DNA of 64,000 bases from Candidatus Babeliales bacterium (GTDB lineage: Bacteria > Babelota > Babeliae > Babelales > JANWKD01). Numbering within the stretch: position 1 is the stretch's first letter; every line of letters begins with the position of its first letter. The position numbers and the translations under genes were made by a program. Positions 1 to 10,274 of the stretch are shown here, piece by piece. The notes under the pieces are model-generated. The model worked only from the letters and a program-made list of their open reading frames with translations. It was not told the origin of the DNA and ran no database searches. Location: positions 608,001-672,000 of the forward strand of contig CAVRJO010000002.1 in the NCBI GenBank assembly GCA_963722255.1, in the 5' to 3' direction.

Positions 1-1826
1 TCAACTAATATTTGAACACCTCTTTTGCCATTAGCGTTAAGTGTTCTTTGAGGAGCTGAAGTATTAGTAATAATCTCATCTACACCCTTTTCTTGTAAAT
101 ACGTAGTAACTTCTATAACGGCTGCAGATTTGTTTTTAGCGTATTCACTGATCCATTTTTGCACATTCTGAATGATATCTTGTTGCATTATGGTTGATTG
201 CGTAAACTTTTTAGGATCAACATATGCAGTGAATAGATCAACAATTTGGCCCAATTGACCGATTGGAGGCTTAATTTCATAATAAAATGGTCCAACTCCA
301 ACGCCATGAGGTGTTATTATATCGGAAAAAAGCAATGATCCTTTAACACCAGAACCAGCAGTATCATCAACCAATCCTCTGTTATTTGGTTGTATAGTTG
401 TTAAAACTGTATTTTCATCAAATTTCAAAACAGGTGTTTTGAGCTGCAATGCTTCTTTTCCCATCTTTCCATCAGCCAATCGATTCAAAAAATTCAATGC
501 TTTGGTATCATCAGTGCTTTGAATGGCAACACAAAATAATCGAACTTGTTTTTCAGAAAGCTGTGGTCGCAACAAGGTAAAATCAAAGACTTTACCTGGT
601 GACAACTTTTTTTGAAGCGTATAATCTTTGGTTTTATAAAAAAGCCACACTGAATCGGGTGTATCAAAAAAAAGTTGTGTAGGATCATAATCCTTTTCTT
701 TTTTTGCTGCATCCTGAGCTTGCTGAGCTGATTGATACCAAACATGACATTCCATAGGATTAATATCACGAATCACATTTTTTTTAGGATTATTTACATC
801 AGTAGGTTGTGTATAATTACCAATTGCCAGACCTTGCATACTTACTTCAATACCCAATTTGCCTTGAGAAACTTCGTAGGTATATACCATGGGAGAACCC
901 TGAATAAGTTTTTTGGTTGTAGGATCTTCCTGCATATTACAAATCCCTTTACTCTTAATAGGCAATGCGGCGATTTGCATTGAACCATTAAAAAATGTGA
1001 ATGCTCGTTGATTCTTTTCCTCATCATCTGGAGGACGAATTGAAGTAGGATTTGATGTTGAAGAGTTTAATAAAGAAAACGTATTTCCGCGCTCCAATGT
1101 TGCCTTATAGGCAATCCCATCTTTAATAAACTGCATGGCAATATCAGTATTTGAGCTATTATAAAAAACCCCCGTAAATTCATCTGTTGTAGTTTTCACA
1201 CCAAGGAATTCTCCTTTAATCTCACCTTTATGGGTATATGCTCGATAAAAATTAATATATTGAGGATCAATAGGACTATTAATATTTTTTGAAAAGAATG
1301 AATGCTTTTCAAGAGCTTCGGTGGTTTCAATAGCTCCTGCTAATGCTCCTATTGCAGCTCCAAGCGGACTTGCTGCTTCTGCGCCAATTTTTGCGTAATC
1401 CTCAATGGTAGATTGATATTGAGCATAATTTGTATTGCTTTTATCGTAAATAAGCCAGATGGTAAAATAAAGCTTTTCATCGAGAAATTCCTTATCGCTA
1501 TTTGCATAAGGCTCTAAATAACGGTAGGTTTTAACTTCACCTTGAAATCCTGCGCCCAAAACTTTAGTAATCGTTTGAGCTGCTGCAAAAATAATTGCAG
1601 GACTATCATTCCAAACTTGAAAACTATACCGATAATTATCAGGAACATAGCCAAATGATTGTCCCATTCCTGAAACAAAATTGGTTGCACCATCCCAGAT
1701 GCTCTTTAAATTATTAAGAGCTTTATCCGCTTCATCATTAACATCGCCACAAGCCAGATGAGGAATCATTAATAAAATCACTATAAAAGAGCAATAAAAA
1801 ACTTTTTTACGTTCTAAACATTTCAT
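1..1826 (-). CDS. Large hypothetical secreted protein, partial (runs off the window start; missing from the ORF track)
   Basis: I translated the minus strand from the ATG at 1826 (MKCLERKKVFYCSFIVILLMIPHLACGDVNDE...) and found no stop before position 1. It has an N-terminal signal-like hydrophobic segment and a small-residue stretch GAEAASPLGAAIGALAGA. Confidence 0.8.
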   Translation of the reverse strand, partial: MKCLERKKVFYCSFIVILLMIPHLACGDVNDEADKALNNLKSIWDGATNFVSGMGQSFGYVPDNYRYSFQVWNDSPAIIFAAAQTITKVLGAGFQGEVKTYRYLEPYANSDKEFLDEKLYFTIWLIYDKSNTNYAQYQSTIEDYAKIGAEAASPLGAAIGALAGAIETTEALEKHSFFSKNINSPIDPQYINFYRAYTHKGEIKGEFLGVKTTTDEFTGVFYNSSNTDIAMQFIKDGIAYKATLERGNTFSLLNSSTSNPTSIRPPDDEEKNQRAFTFFNGSMQIAALPIKSKGICNMQEDPTTKKLIQGSPMVYTYEVSQGKLGIEVSMQGLAIGNYTQPTDVNNPKKNVIRDINPMECHVWYQSAQQAQDAAKKEKDYDPTQLFFDTPDSVWLFYKTKDYTLQKKLSPGKVFDFTLLRPQLSEKQVRLFCVAIQSTDDTKALNFLNRLADGKMGKEALQLKTPVLKFDENTVLTTIQPNNRGLVDDTAGSGVKGSLLFSDIITPHGVGVGPFYYEIKPPIGQLGQIVDLFTAYVDPKKFTQSTIMQQDIIQNVQKWISEYAKNKSAAVIEVTTYLQEKGVDEIITNTSAPQRTLNANGKRGVQILV

Positions 1827-2033
1827 AGCCACAATCCTTATACAATTTTTCTTTTGTTATCATAAAAAAATTGCATAAAAATATGCAATTAATTAATCAT
1901 CCTACACAATAATTCAAGACAAAAGATTTAGACACTGAATGAAAAAAATGCTAAAATGATATAATATTTTTTTAAAATATATCGAGTAACGAACAGAATG
2001 CAACCAATCATTTCCTAAGAAAGAATTATTTCA

Positions 2034-3173
2034 ATGCAAAAAAGTTTTTCAATCACCATTTTTATGAGCATTACTTTCTTTACCATTCAATTTTTGCACG
2101 GTATGGAAGAGCGAGAGTTAAAAAGGCAATGTTTTGAACGTCCCACACTTTCGGATATGTGCAAAAAAGTAACTCCACAGAACTGTTATGGGGTTTATAA
2201 ACAAATGATTCAATTTGAACAATCCGTCACACCTGATCGAATATCAAAATTACTCCGCCACGGCAAAATAGCTTTTTTAAAACCTAACCAACACTATACC
2301 TATCAATTAACCAGATGTAAGCAAAAATTATTAGTGGCTCCTGCAACACAAGAATCAAAGCAGACTTTGAGCCCCTTTAGCTATCACCTGTCACCAGATA
2401 AAAGCATTGTTGTTCAAAGTCACGATAATGCTAATTCCATATTCGTTAAAAAATTTGACGCTCATGCCTTTAATGAATCTCTGGATTTAAACAGTGCAAC
2501 CTATGAAGATTTATTAGTTACTTGTCCAGGAAATTTTTGCTTTTTTTTAAATGATTCAACATTCATAACACAAGAATTTAATTGCTTACATCAGTTTTTT
2601 GTTAAAGAGAGCGAGGAAGGAATCAAGTGCTTTGAAATTGAGGAACCAATGGTTAACTTCCCCCACTTAATACCTTGCGGCAACAATCGGTTTTTTGCGT
2701 GCCACTACGACCTTTCTCAAGCAACTCCTCTTATGTATGCTGCTACTAAATATGTAACAGAAGATAACAGCTTTTCTAAGCGACCCGCAACCGATGAAGA
2801 ACTCAACTTTTTGCAAACTTTCCAAGGTTGCTCAGTTTGTTCTCTTGAAGGCACTCTCCTTACCGTCAGAAAGCATCAAAAGAACTCAAAAAATAAAATA
2901 GTTCACTATGATATGGCCACCTTAACAAAACTTGCAGCCTATAAGGAGAATGAACATACTCCTCATCATACTCTTGATACTTGCACACCTATATCCGCTT
3001 TACTTGTTTCAATTGCCTTTGCACAAGCACGGAAAAGTCCAAAGGGTTTATGGATATTAAAAGAGTCTCCCTTAATGTTAGAATTATCTGATACCCATAA
3101 AGATCAGAGTTTAAGAAAAATTGATCACACTATAAATCGTCTCTGCAAAGATATGCCGGAATTAGTTGACTAA
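2034..3173 (+). CDS. Hypothetical secreted protein
   Basis: 379-aa ORF; signal peptide ending ...QFLHG followed by MEERE; no family recognised. Confidence 0.7.
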   Translation: MQKSFSITIFMSITFFTIQFLHGMEERELKRQCFERPTLSDMCKKVTPQNCYGVYKQMIQFEQSVTPDRISKLLRHGKIAFLKPNQHYTYQLTRCKQKLLVAPATQESKQTLSPFSYHLSPDKSIVVQSHDNANSIFVKKFDAHAFNESLDLNSATYEDLLVTCPGNFCFFLNDSTFITQEFNCLHQFFVKESEEGIKCFEIEEPMVNFPHLIPCGNNRFFACHYDLSQATPLMYAATKYVTEDNSFSKRPATDEELNFLQTFQGCSVCSLEGTLLTVRKHQKNSKNKIVHYDMATLTKLAAYKENEHTPHHTLDTCTPISALLVSIAFAQARKSPKGLWILKESPLMLELSDTHKDQSLRKIDHTINRLCKDMPELVD

Positions 3174-3180
3174 CATTTTT

Positions 3181-5067
3181 TTATATAAAAATTGTAAGTG
3201 CTTCAGGATCGTCAGGACTGCATGACAGTCCTGTTCGACTGTGAATAATAACTTCTTTGAGCGTTGAATCATATGAAAAATGTTTTTTTATTACCGGCAA
3301 TGCCTTATGAACATTTTTCCAAATAGGGAATGCCGTAGTAATAGCAAAAGCATTTTTTCCTAATGAGCTATTATCATCAATACCCAAAGAAACAGCCGTT
3401 GTATAATCTGGTGTAGCTCCTACAAAACCACAAATTCTTGAATCATTATTCGTTCCAGTTTTACCAATAGCATCACAATCAATCCAGCTACTTGTTTTAG
3501 ATCGCTTACGTGCTCTATCCATACCAATGGCAAGGACCTTAGCAACTTGACCGCTTTCACGTGAATTTAAGACCGTTTCTTTATATGGTTTTATACTGAT
3601 AATTTTTGTTCCCCATTCATCTTTAACCCATCTAATAAGTTGCGGTTCAACATAGACTCCATGCTGAGCAAAAACATTAAAGACCGCTACTACTTCTTTG
3701 AGTGTACAATCTACGCAACCGAGTGCCAATGATGGATATGGCGGCAACTCTGCTGAGATATGGAATTTTTTTGCTAATGCTGTAACAGTATCGATTCCAA
3801 TTTCCATTAAAACTTTAATAGCAATAATATTATTAGAATGAGCAAGAGCGCGCGCTAAACTCATTGTTCCTTCAAAACGTCGAATATGATTACGTGGTTG
3901 CCACATGGTTCCCCCCTGCATCATTTCAATAGGTTCATCGAGTTCAGTTTGTGCAAAGTTAATTCCTTTTTGCAAGGCTGCCGCAAATACAATTGGTTTA
4001 AAAATAGAGCCCATTTGTCGTTTAGCCTGTGTTACTCGATTAAATTGCGATTGACTAAAATCATATCCTCCAACAAGAGCTTTGATATGCCCGGTTTTTC
4101 CTTCTATAGTGATAAGCCCACCATCAACACGAGGAACTTTAGAACTACGCAAAAGCGCTATTTGTTCACAAAAACTTTTTTCAGCATTCATTTGCATATG
4201 TCTATTTAAAGTTGTCTGAATAGTTAATCCTCCAGAATAAAGCATTTTTTTACCAATTTTTTCTTCTAGATTCATGCGAATCATTTCTTTAACATGCGGG
4301 GCCAAAGAACCCTGTAAAGGAACCTTCAAGTCGACTAAACTATTACGGTAGAGTTCAAATTCATCAGGTTTGATAAAACCCAATTGCTTCATTGAATATA
4401 AAACAATATTTCGTCTTTTTTGTGCTGACAGAGGGTATAATAAAGGACAATAATGTGAAGGGTTTTTAACAACACCTGCAAGCAAAGCTGATTCTGCAAC
4501 AGAAAGATCTTGTACACTTTTTGACCAAAAGCGTTGGCTTGCTGCCTCAACACCATAAATGCCACATCCAAAACAAACATGATTTAGATACATTTGTAGA
4601 ATCTGTTCTTTAGTAAACTGCTGTTCAACCAATAGGGCAAAAAACTGATCTTTAATTTTACGCAGGAGTGTTCTACTTGAATCGGTAAATAACAGTTTTG
4701 TAAGCTGTTGTGTAATAGTACTAGCGCCTTGAACAATCCTGCCATGATATATGTTAATGAGCATTGACCGAACAATTCCCTTCCAAGAAATACCCGGATG
4801 ATTAAAAAATGCATGATCTTCAGCAGCTATAAATGCCTGAATAAGATGTTGTGGAACTTTGGAGATATCGATCGGTTCACGTTTATCACATGAAAATCGT
4901 GCCCACTCATTTCCCTGATCATCAAGAACTATAGATGGTTTGCCTTGCTTGTATTGTTCCAAAGCAGAAAAATCTATCCAATGCGTATGGCTAATAAAAA
5001 AAAGTGCGCCCGCAAAAGTAGAAATAAGACAAAAAAATAACGTAGCTACAACTATCCCTAAACGCAT
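3181..5067 (-). CDS. mrcA: Class A penicillin-binding protein (PBP1A family transglycosylase/transpeptidase)
   Basis: N-terminal TM; transglycosylase motifs AEDHAF and GASTITQQL; transpeptidase motifs GSIFK (SxxK), SNN (SxN) and KTG. Confidence 0.92.
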   Translation of the reverse strand: MRLGIVVATLFFCLISTFAGALFFISHTHWIDFSALEQYKQGKPSIVLDDQGNEWARFSCDKREPIDISKVPQHLIQAFIAAEDHAFFNHPGISWKGIVRSMLINIYHGRIVQGASTITQQLTKLLFTDSSRTLLRKIKDQFFALLVEQQFTKEQILQMYLNHVCFGCGIYGVEAASQRFWSKSVQDLSVAESALLAGVVKNPSHYCPLLYPLSAQKRRNIVLYSMKQLGFIKPDEFELYRNSLVDLKVPLQGSLAPHVKEMIRMNLEEKIGKKMLYSGGLTIQTTLNRHMQMNAEKSFCEQIALLRSSKVPRVDGGLITIEGKTGHIKALVGGYDFSQSQFNRVTQAKRQMGSIFKPIVFAAALQKGINFAQTELDEPIEMMQGGTMWQPRNHIRRFEGTMSLARALAHSNNIIAIKVLMEIGIDTVTALAKKFHISAELPPYPSLALGCVDCTLKEVVAVFNVFAQHGVYVEPQLIRWVKDEWGTKIISIKPYKETVLNSRESGQVAKVLAIGMDRARKRSKTSSWIDCDAIGKTGTNNDSRICGFVGATPDYTTAVSLGIDDNSSLGKNAFAITTAFPIWKNVHKALPVIKKHFSYDSTLKEVIIHSRTGLSCSPDDPEALTIFI

Positions 5068-5083
5068 TTTTCAACCATATATG

Positions 5084-5108
5084 AAAAAAGGTCGCTAACA
5101 GCGACCTT
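5084..5108 (-). terminator. Intrinsic terminator
   Basis: Stem AAGGTCGCT/AGCGACCTT with a 3-nt loop, followed by a T-run on the minus strand, downstream of 5160-5429. Confidence 0.65.
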
Positions 5109-5159
5109 CACAAATCTAATACCAGTTATTTGTTCCAACAACTTAGCAAGTTAAGTTCA

Positions 5160-5429
5160 TTATACTAATAGAGTAGTGGCTTTTTCTTGCGCTGTCACTT
5201 TAGAATAAACATAACATCCAACTGCTACTGCTGCTACGAGAACTGTACCAACTTGAACATATCTATTTGTAGCAACATTTTTAAGAACGGTTCCGGATTT
5301 CGAAATAAACTCTTTAACAATATTTGTCTTAGGAGCTGTTTCTTGTCCTTTTTCTGTATCATCTGCATAAATTGCTGCACTTGCAAACAACAATACACCA
5401 AGCAAAGTTAATTTAATTTGTTTTTTCAT
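5160..5429 (-). CDS. Small hypothetical exported/membrane protein
   Basis: Signal peptide (MKKQIKLTLLGVLLFASAAIYA) plus a C-terminal TM; AAGGAG-type RBS upstream; terminator downstream. Confidence 0.7.
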   Translation of the reverse strand: MKKQIKLTLLGVLLFASAAIYADDTEKGQETAPKTNIVKEFISKSGTVLKNVATNRYVQVGTVLVAAVAVGCYVYSKVTAQEKATTLLV

Positions 5430-5549
5430 GTTATTATGAACTCCTTAAGGATATATGTATCAAACCTAACAACAAAGAAAATTTACTTGAATAATATTAT
5501 TTGTCAATATAACCTTGATGCAACGTTTATTTTAAAGAAATTATATATC

Positions 5550-6005
5550 ATGAAATCATTATTATTCTATTGTTCTATTCTATTATTTTTTTTCCTTAAC
5601 TTGTTATTGCGTGGTGTCATGCATCACAACAGTATACAAAGCATGCTTTGTATTTTTTGTATTATGCTTTTCCGTTCTGGAACCATGTATGAATCTGCCG
5701 CGCTCTTTTTACTCGTTATCCTTGAAGATTTTATAGATACAAATTTTGCAGGAATGACTCTTTTTTATACGATTCCCCTTGCTTTTACCGGTATGTTTTT
5801 GCAAAAAATAATGCACCCCCATTCAATAGTTCCAATCTATATTTTTTTATCTATTGCCCTTTTGTGTAAATTTGCATTATTAGCTTATTTTAATAATTTT
5901 AAATTGTTTGAAGCCTATACATTATATGAACTATTTGGTAATCTTATGGTGTTAACACTTTGTTTGAAATTATTGTTTAAGGGCAGATTGGGCAATCGCT
6001 TATAA
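5550..6005 (+). CDS. Hypothetical multi-pass membrane protein (weak MreD-like size/topology)
   Basis: Very hydrophobic ~151 aa from the ATG at 5550 (track extends it to 5418); its 3' end overlaps rnpB. Confidence 0.55.
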   Translation: MKSLLFYCSILLFFFLNLLLRGVMHHNSIQSMLCIFCIMLFRSGTMYESAALFLLVILEDFIDTNFAGMTLFYTIPLAFTGMFLQKIMHPHSIVPIYIFLSIALLCKFALLAYFNNFKLFEAYTLYELFGNLMVLTLCLKLLFKGRLGNRL

Positions 6006-6330
6006 TATTTTATAAGAGGAAAGTCCGGACTCCAAACGAAATAAGCGCCTTAAAAGAGCAATCAATTAGGGAAAACGTAAGTTTATGGAAAGTGCCACAG
6101 AAAATAACCGCCTTGCTACAGAAATGTACACGGTAAGGGTGAAAACGTGCGGTAAGAGCGTACGAAGCAATACAGTAATGCATTGCTTGGGTAAACCCCG
6201 CTTGGAGCAAGACAAAATAAGCATGTACGGTTTTTCGTTCCGATTTAAACATGTGGGTATGTCGCATAGATAAATGGTTGCCGGTTTGTGTTTTTACACA
6301 AATTACAAAATCCGGCTTATAAATCTGCCT
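5981..6330 (+). ncRNA. rnpB: RNase P RNA (bacterial type A)
   Basis: Universal motifs GAGGAAAGTCCGGACT, GGAAAGTGCCACAGAAA, GTAAGGGTGAAA..GCGGTAAGAGC, GGTAAACCCC..GGAGCAAG and ACAAAATCCGGCTTAT; P1 closure GGCAGAT/ATCTGCC. Confidence 0.97.
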
Positions 6331-6356
6331 TTAACCATCCCAACCTACGGCCTTTC

Positions 6357-7055
6357 ATGACCTCATTAAAACATTGGATATGGATTCTCCCCTTTATATG
6401 TTTTTTTGGTAGCTATTTTGCTTTTCATTGTTTTTTTGCACCCAATACACTGGCTACACCCACCTTAATGGGCAAGCAATTACCTGAAGCAATTCAGCTC
6501 CTTTCTGATACCAATTTAAATATGCGTATTCTTTCTCAAAAAGAAGATCATGATTTGCCTCCAGGAACTATTTTAAGTCAAATTCCTTCAGCCAATAGCT
6601 CTATACGCCCTCATCAATCATTATTTGTCGTCATTTCAAAACAAGTTGAACAGAAGCAGGCGCCCAATTTTTTACAGAAAAAAAGTGATACCTGTTATGA
6701 AATAGCTGAAAAACACGCAATAGTAGTAAAAACATACGAAATTTCTCACCTGATTGAGAATATTTGTATCGGTCAATTGCCTGGCCCAAATCAACCATTG
6801 ATTGATAATCGCATTACCCTCTATATTTCCAAGGGTTCATCAAAACCTTCACTATTACCCTCATTTAAAAAACGATCTCTTGAAGAAGTTGCTTCATTTT
6901 TAACTGAAAATAGCATCAAATATTCCGTCATTCATGCAAAACCAATCGATACTCAGCATACCTGTAAAAACTGCGTTATTTCGCAACAAAAGCCTCTTGC
7001 GGGTTCTTTGATCGATCTTAAGAAGCCCTTAACAATTCAGCTTTTTGTTCAATAA
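6357..7055 (+). CDS. PASTA-domain protein
   Basis: N-terminal TM followed by three PASTA-like repeats (PTLMGKQLPEA..GTILSQIP; CIGQLPGPNQ; VISQQKPLAGS). Start moved to ATG 6357 to avoid rnpB. Confidence 0.8.
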   Translation: MTSLKHWIWILPFICFFGSYFAFHCFFAPNTLATPTLMGKQLPEAIQLLSDTNLNMRILSQKEDHDLPPGTILSQIPSANSSIRPHQSLFVVISKQVEQKQAPNFLQKKSDTCYEIAEKHAIVVKTYEISHLIENICIGQLPGPNQPLIDNRITLYISKGSSKPSLLPSFKKRSLEEVASFLTENSIKYSVIHAKPIDTQHTCKNCVISQQKPLAGSLIDLKKPLTIQLFVQ

Positions 7056-7158
7056 AATAGCAAATAATAAATATTTTATTTCTATTTGACAATTATATTA
7101 ATTCGTGAGATACTATATCTATAAAGATTTATAAAAACAGTGAAAATAGGGGGTAAGT

Positions 7159-8208
7159 ATGGTGAAATTAAGATATAGTATATTACTAATAGCTGCATTT
7201 TCTTGTATAGCCCAAAGTACTCATCCAATGTTCCGACAAAGGTATCAACAATTCAAACAAAATTTTGGACCCGCCGTCACTTTAGGAGCACTAGGAGGAG
7301 TAGCTACTTTTGCACAATACTCAACGACCTATGCCATATGCAAAGATAAAGGCTTGGTTGGCTATGCCTCAAGCGATCGTCAAGCTTCAGAAAAAAGGTT
7401 CGAAAAATTACCTGCCGTTTCGCCAGATATTGAAACATTTATAAGAGAGGAGCTAAAAGACTATGCTTTTCCTCTACAAATAAAACAATCAACGGGGGAC
7501 TGGGCGTCCTGCGATACTAAAAATAGTAATTGGATTTTTGTCCCTAGCTCTTCATTCCTTGAATCTATATTAAACGAATCTAAGAAATCCGCATTTGTAT
7601 CACAGAATCTCAATGAGACTACCGCAACACTTCATCATGAAGCAGGTCATATTGCTAATCAAGATAATCTAAAAACCAAGCTTTCAGCATTTGTATCACA
7701 GATTCTCAATGAGACTATCGCAACACTTCATCATGAAGCAGGTCATATCGTTAATCACGATAATCTAAAGCGCAAATTTGCAGCAATAGCAATTCCTATA
7801 TTTCTTACTGCACTAACTGCTCTTGTAAGAAAAAAATTATTTTCGCCAGATTACTTTCTAGAGAGCAATTTATATAAACTTGTAAGTGGTTTTGCTGTTG
7901 GTAATATCAGCACTCTGAGTTTTTATAGCTATTTGCGATTTCAAGAACAAAGAGCTGATAATAATATTCCCAATAAAATTGATCTTTTAGAAGCACTAAA
8001 GAAACAATTTGAATCGGATATCTTGCTCAACCCTGATTTTTACAAAAAAGATGAATTGTGGACAAAGCGGCTTTATTCTGTGCATCCACACCATAAAACA
8101 CGTATTAAGAGATTCGAACAACGAATAAAAAAACTTAAAGAAAAAGAAAATCAAACCAGTTTTGAAAATCCATTGGACATAAAAGAAGCTTCCTTACTTT
8201 GTTGTTAA
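7159..8208 (+). CDS. M48-like zinc metallopeptidase with duplicated HEXXH segment
   Basis: HHEAGH occurs twice; downstream EQRAD and YSVHP..RI motifs are typical of M48/Ste24-HtpX; N-terminal signal peptide. Confidence 0.75.
   Translation: MVKLRYSILLIAAFSCIAQSTHPMFRQRYQQFKQNFGPAVTLGALGGVATFAQYSTTYAICKDKGLVGYASSDRQASEKRFEKLPAVSPDIETFIREELKDYAFPLQIKQSTGDWASCDTKNSNWIFVPSSSFLESILNESKKSAFVSQNLNETTATLHHEAGHIANQDNLKTKLSAFVSQILNETIATLHHEAGHIVNHDNLKRKFAAIAIPIFLTALTALVRKKLFSPDYFLESNLYKLVSGFAVGNISTLSFYSYLRFQEQRADNNIPNKIDLLEALKKQFESDILLNPDFYKKDELWTKRLYSVHPHHKTRIKRFEQRIKKLKEKENQTSFENPLDIKEASLLCC
7591..7782 (+). repeat. 96-bp in-frame tandem duplication (2 copies)
   Basis: GCATTTGTATCACAGA..CAATGAGACT..CAACACTTCATCATGAAGCAGGTCATAT starts at both 7591 and 7687. 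Confidence 0.92.
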
Positions 8209-8382
8209 TCTTTATTTGATATCATTGTAAGAATACCTATACTGTAATAAAATGTTCAATGAAACCTGGTACGAAAATACACTCTATAAGGCTTCAACAA
8301 TCGTTCCTTATTGTTTGATTCCAACAGCATTGATATGCATATTAAAACGATATAATGCACACTAGACAAAAAAATTCACGTG

Positions 8383-10059
8383 TTACTTAATATCTTGATC
8401 AAGCACCAGGATATTTTTACCTTGAAAGGCAATACCAAGAGCCTTAATCTTCTTTATACCTAAAGCCTTTAATTCAGCGGCATACTCTTTTGTTATAACT
8501 TGTTCTAGCGCTCGTTGAGCAGCGATTTCTAACGTCTCTTTAAGATATGTGGAAACCTTCTTAAATTCTACAATGAAACCAAACTGATTTTTATCATGTG
8601 GAATCAGCATAATATCATACCTTCCATAGCCACTTTCTCGATTTGACTTAACATAATATGTATCTAATAACGTTACCAGTAAACCTAATACAAATAAATG
8701 GTAACTCTTTTCGGGTTCATCGTTGGGGAGATCAAACATACTTATGCTATTAATTACAAATTCTTGTAATAATTGTGAAAACAATGCAACATCGCCCTGC
8801 TTCAAAGCTTGTAACAATTGTTTATTAATTTCGGTTTTTAATGTTGCTTGAAAAATATCCTTAATAAGCATTCGATACAATAATCGTATCTCTTTATTAG
8901 GTATAATAAGATTACATGAAATAATACCTTCTTTAAGATCACAGGAAGTAAAAGTCAAATAACCACTGAATAAAAGAAGGCTCCAAACGGCTTGAGCATT
9001 GTTTTCTATACCAGGAAATAATAATGTTTCATCAATAACTTTTGTAATAGCTTGGTCATCTAATAATAACTCAAGATCAGTCTTAACTTCCACTCCAGAT
9101 GAAGCAATAATCTTCTTTATGATTTGGTTATCACTGGTATTAACCCAATAAGGCAGAAGCGCACCTTCTTCACTCATACACATAAGCAAAGACCATGGAT
9201 TATACATACGCATAGAACCAAACGTATATCCATTGTACCATTCTTGTATTTCAGGCAAACTTTCACTTAAATCATAATCGCTTACTAATTGTGTTACTTC
9301 TTGTTGCGTAAATCCAAATTTATCTTGAAACGTCTTATTGAGTAATGAATACACTTTGAGATTATTGAGCCCTGAAAAAATACCTTCTTTTGCCGTTCGT
9401 AAAATACCCGTTAATATTCCACGCTTTAAATAGGTATTATCCTTTAAAACTGAGGTTAAAAGCGAACGCATAAATTGCGTAACTTGCTTGTAATAATCAT
9501 GAGCATAGCCCGCATGAATTGGCGCATCGTATTCATCGATTAATATTAGAACTTTTTCATTATATGCTTCATACAGTAGTTTGCTTAAAAAAGATAAACT
9601 TTCGTGATAAGCAACTTCATCAGCACGCCTTTCAATGATAGCCCTATAGTAATTTCGCTGATGTTCTGAAAGTTTTTTTTCTAAAACTGCTTGATGATAT
9701 TCAAATGTTTTAGAAATAATTGATACAAGTTTTTTATAACAATTTTCCCAATTTTCTTCTTTAACATCTTTAAAGGTCAATGAAATAACAGGAAGCGTAC
9801 CTTGCAATTTTCTATATTCTTCATGCTGCCAAATAGCAGTTTTAGCAAAAAGAGCACTAGTATCTGCTTCAGTTTTTTCAAAAAAATATTTAACCATTGA
9901 AAGATTAAGCGTTTTACCAAATCTTCGTGGACGAGGAATTAAAATGACCGAACCAGTGCTTTCATGAAGCTCTTTAATTAAAAGCGTTTTATCAACATAA
10001 TAATAATCTTCATTAATAATTTCTTTAAAATCACTAATCCCAATGGGTATATTTTTCAT
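8383..10059 (-). CDS. AAA-ATPase-like protein with C-terminal PD-(D/E)XK nuclease domain
   Basis: IPIGISDF, YYVDKT, RPRRFGKT, LIDEYD, WYNGY, YNPWS, SNRESGYGRYDI..IVEFK motifs. Confidence 0.9.
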   Translation of the reverse strand: MKNIPIGISDFKEIINEDYYYVDKTLLIKELHESTGSVILIPRPRRFGKTLNLSMVKYFFEKTEADTSALFAKTAIWQHEEYRKLQGTLPVISLTFKDVKEENWENCYKKLVSIISKTFEYHQAVLEKKLSEHQRNYYRAIIERRADEVAYHESLSFLSKLLYEAYNEKVLILIDEYDAPIHAGYAHDYYKQVTQFMRSLLTSVLKDNTYLKRGILTGILRTAKEGIFSGLNNLKVYSLLNKTFQDKFGFTQQEVTQLVSDYDLSESLPEIQEWYNGYTFGSMRMYNPWSLLMCMSEEGALLPYWVNTSDNQIIKKIIASSGVEVKTDLELLLDDQAITKVIDETLLFPGIENNAQAVWSLLLFSGYLTFTSCDLKEGIISCNLIIPNKEIRLLYRMLIKDIFQATLKTEINKQLLQALKQGDVALFSQLLQEFVINSISMFDLPNDEPEKSYHLFVLGLLVTLLDTYYVKSNRESGYGRYDIMLIPHDKNQFGFIVEFKKVSTYLKETLEIAAQRALEQVITKEYAAELKALGIKKIKALGIAFQGKNILVLDQDIK

Positions 10060-10274
10060 GATCCACTCAACTTAATCGATTTCAGATTTGTTACTATGTA
10101 TAGTATACCATGGGATTGGGCACAAACAATCAAGGAAATTGCAGAGCTGTAAATAAGATCCCCTTAAAAAAACAGGCTCGATACCACTCTTCCCTTTCAT
10201 AATATTTGACAAAAAATATATTCGGCTATAACTATTTAAAATAATAAATGGAATTAGCTGTAAACCGTCTTCCC

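Noticed and set aside
494..1027. Track ORFs 494-769, 732-983 and 842-1027
   Set aside because: Shadows of the long minus-strand ORF 1-1826, which the track missed because its stop lies outside the window.
1871..1888. Palindrome TTGCATA-AAAA-TATGCAA between divergent genes
   Set aside because: Could be an operator, but it is short, AT-rich and single-copy, with no regulator nearby.
6010..6356. ORFs 6010-6267, 6085-6273 and the 6288 start of the PASTA gene
   Set aside because: They lie within the RNase P RNA.
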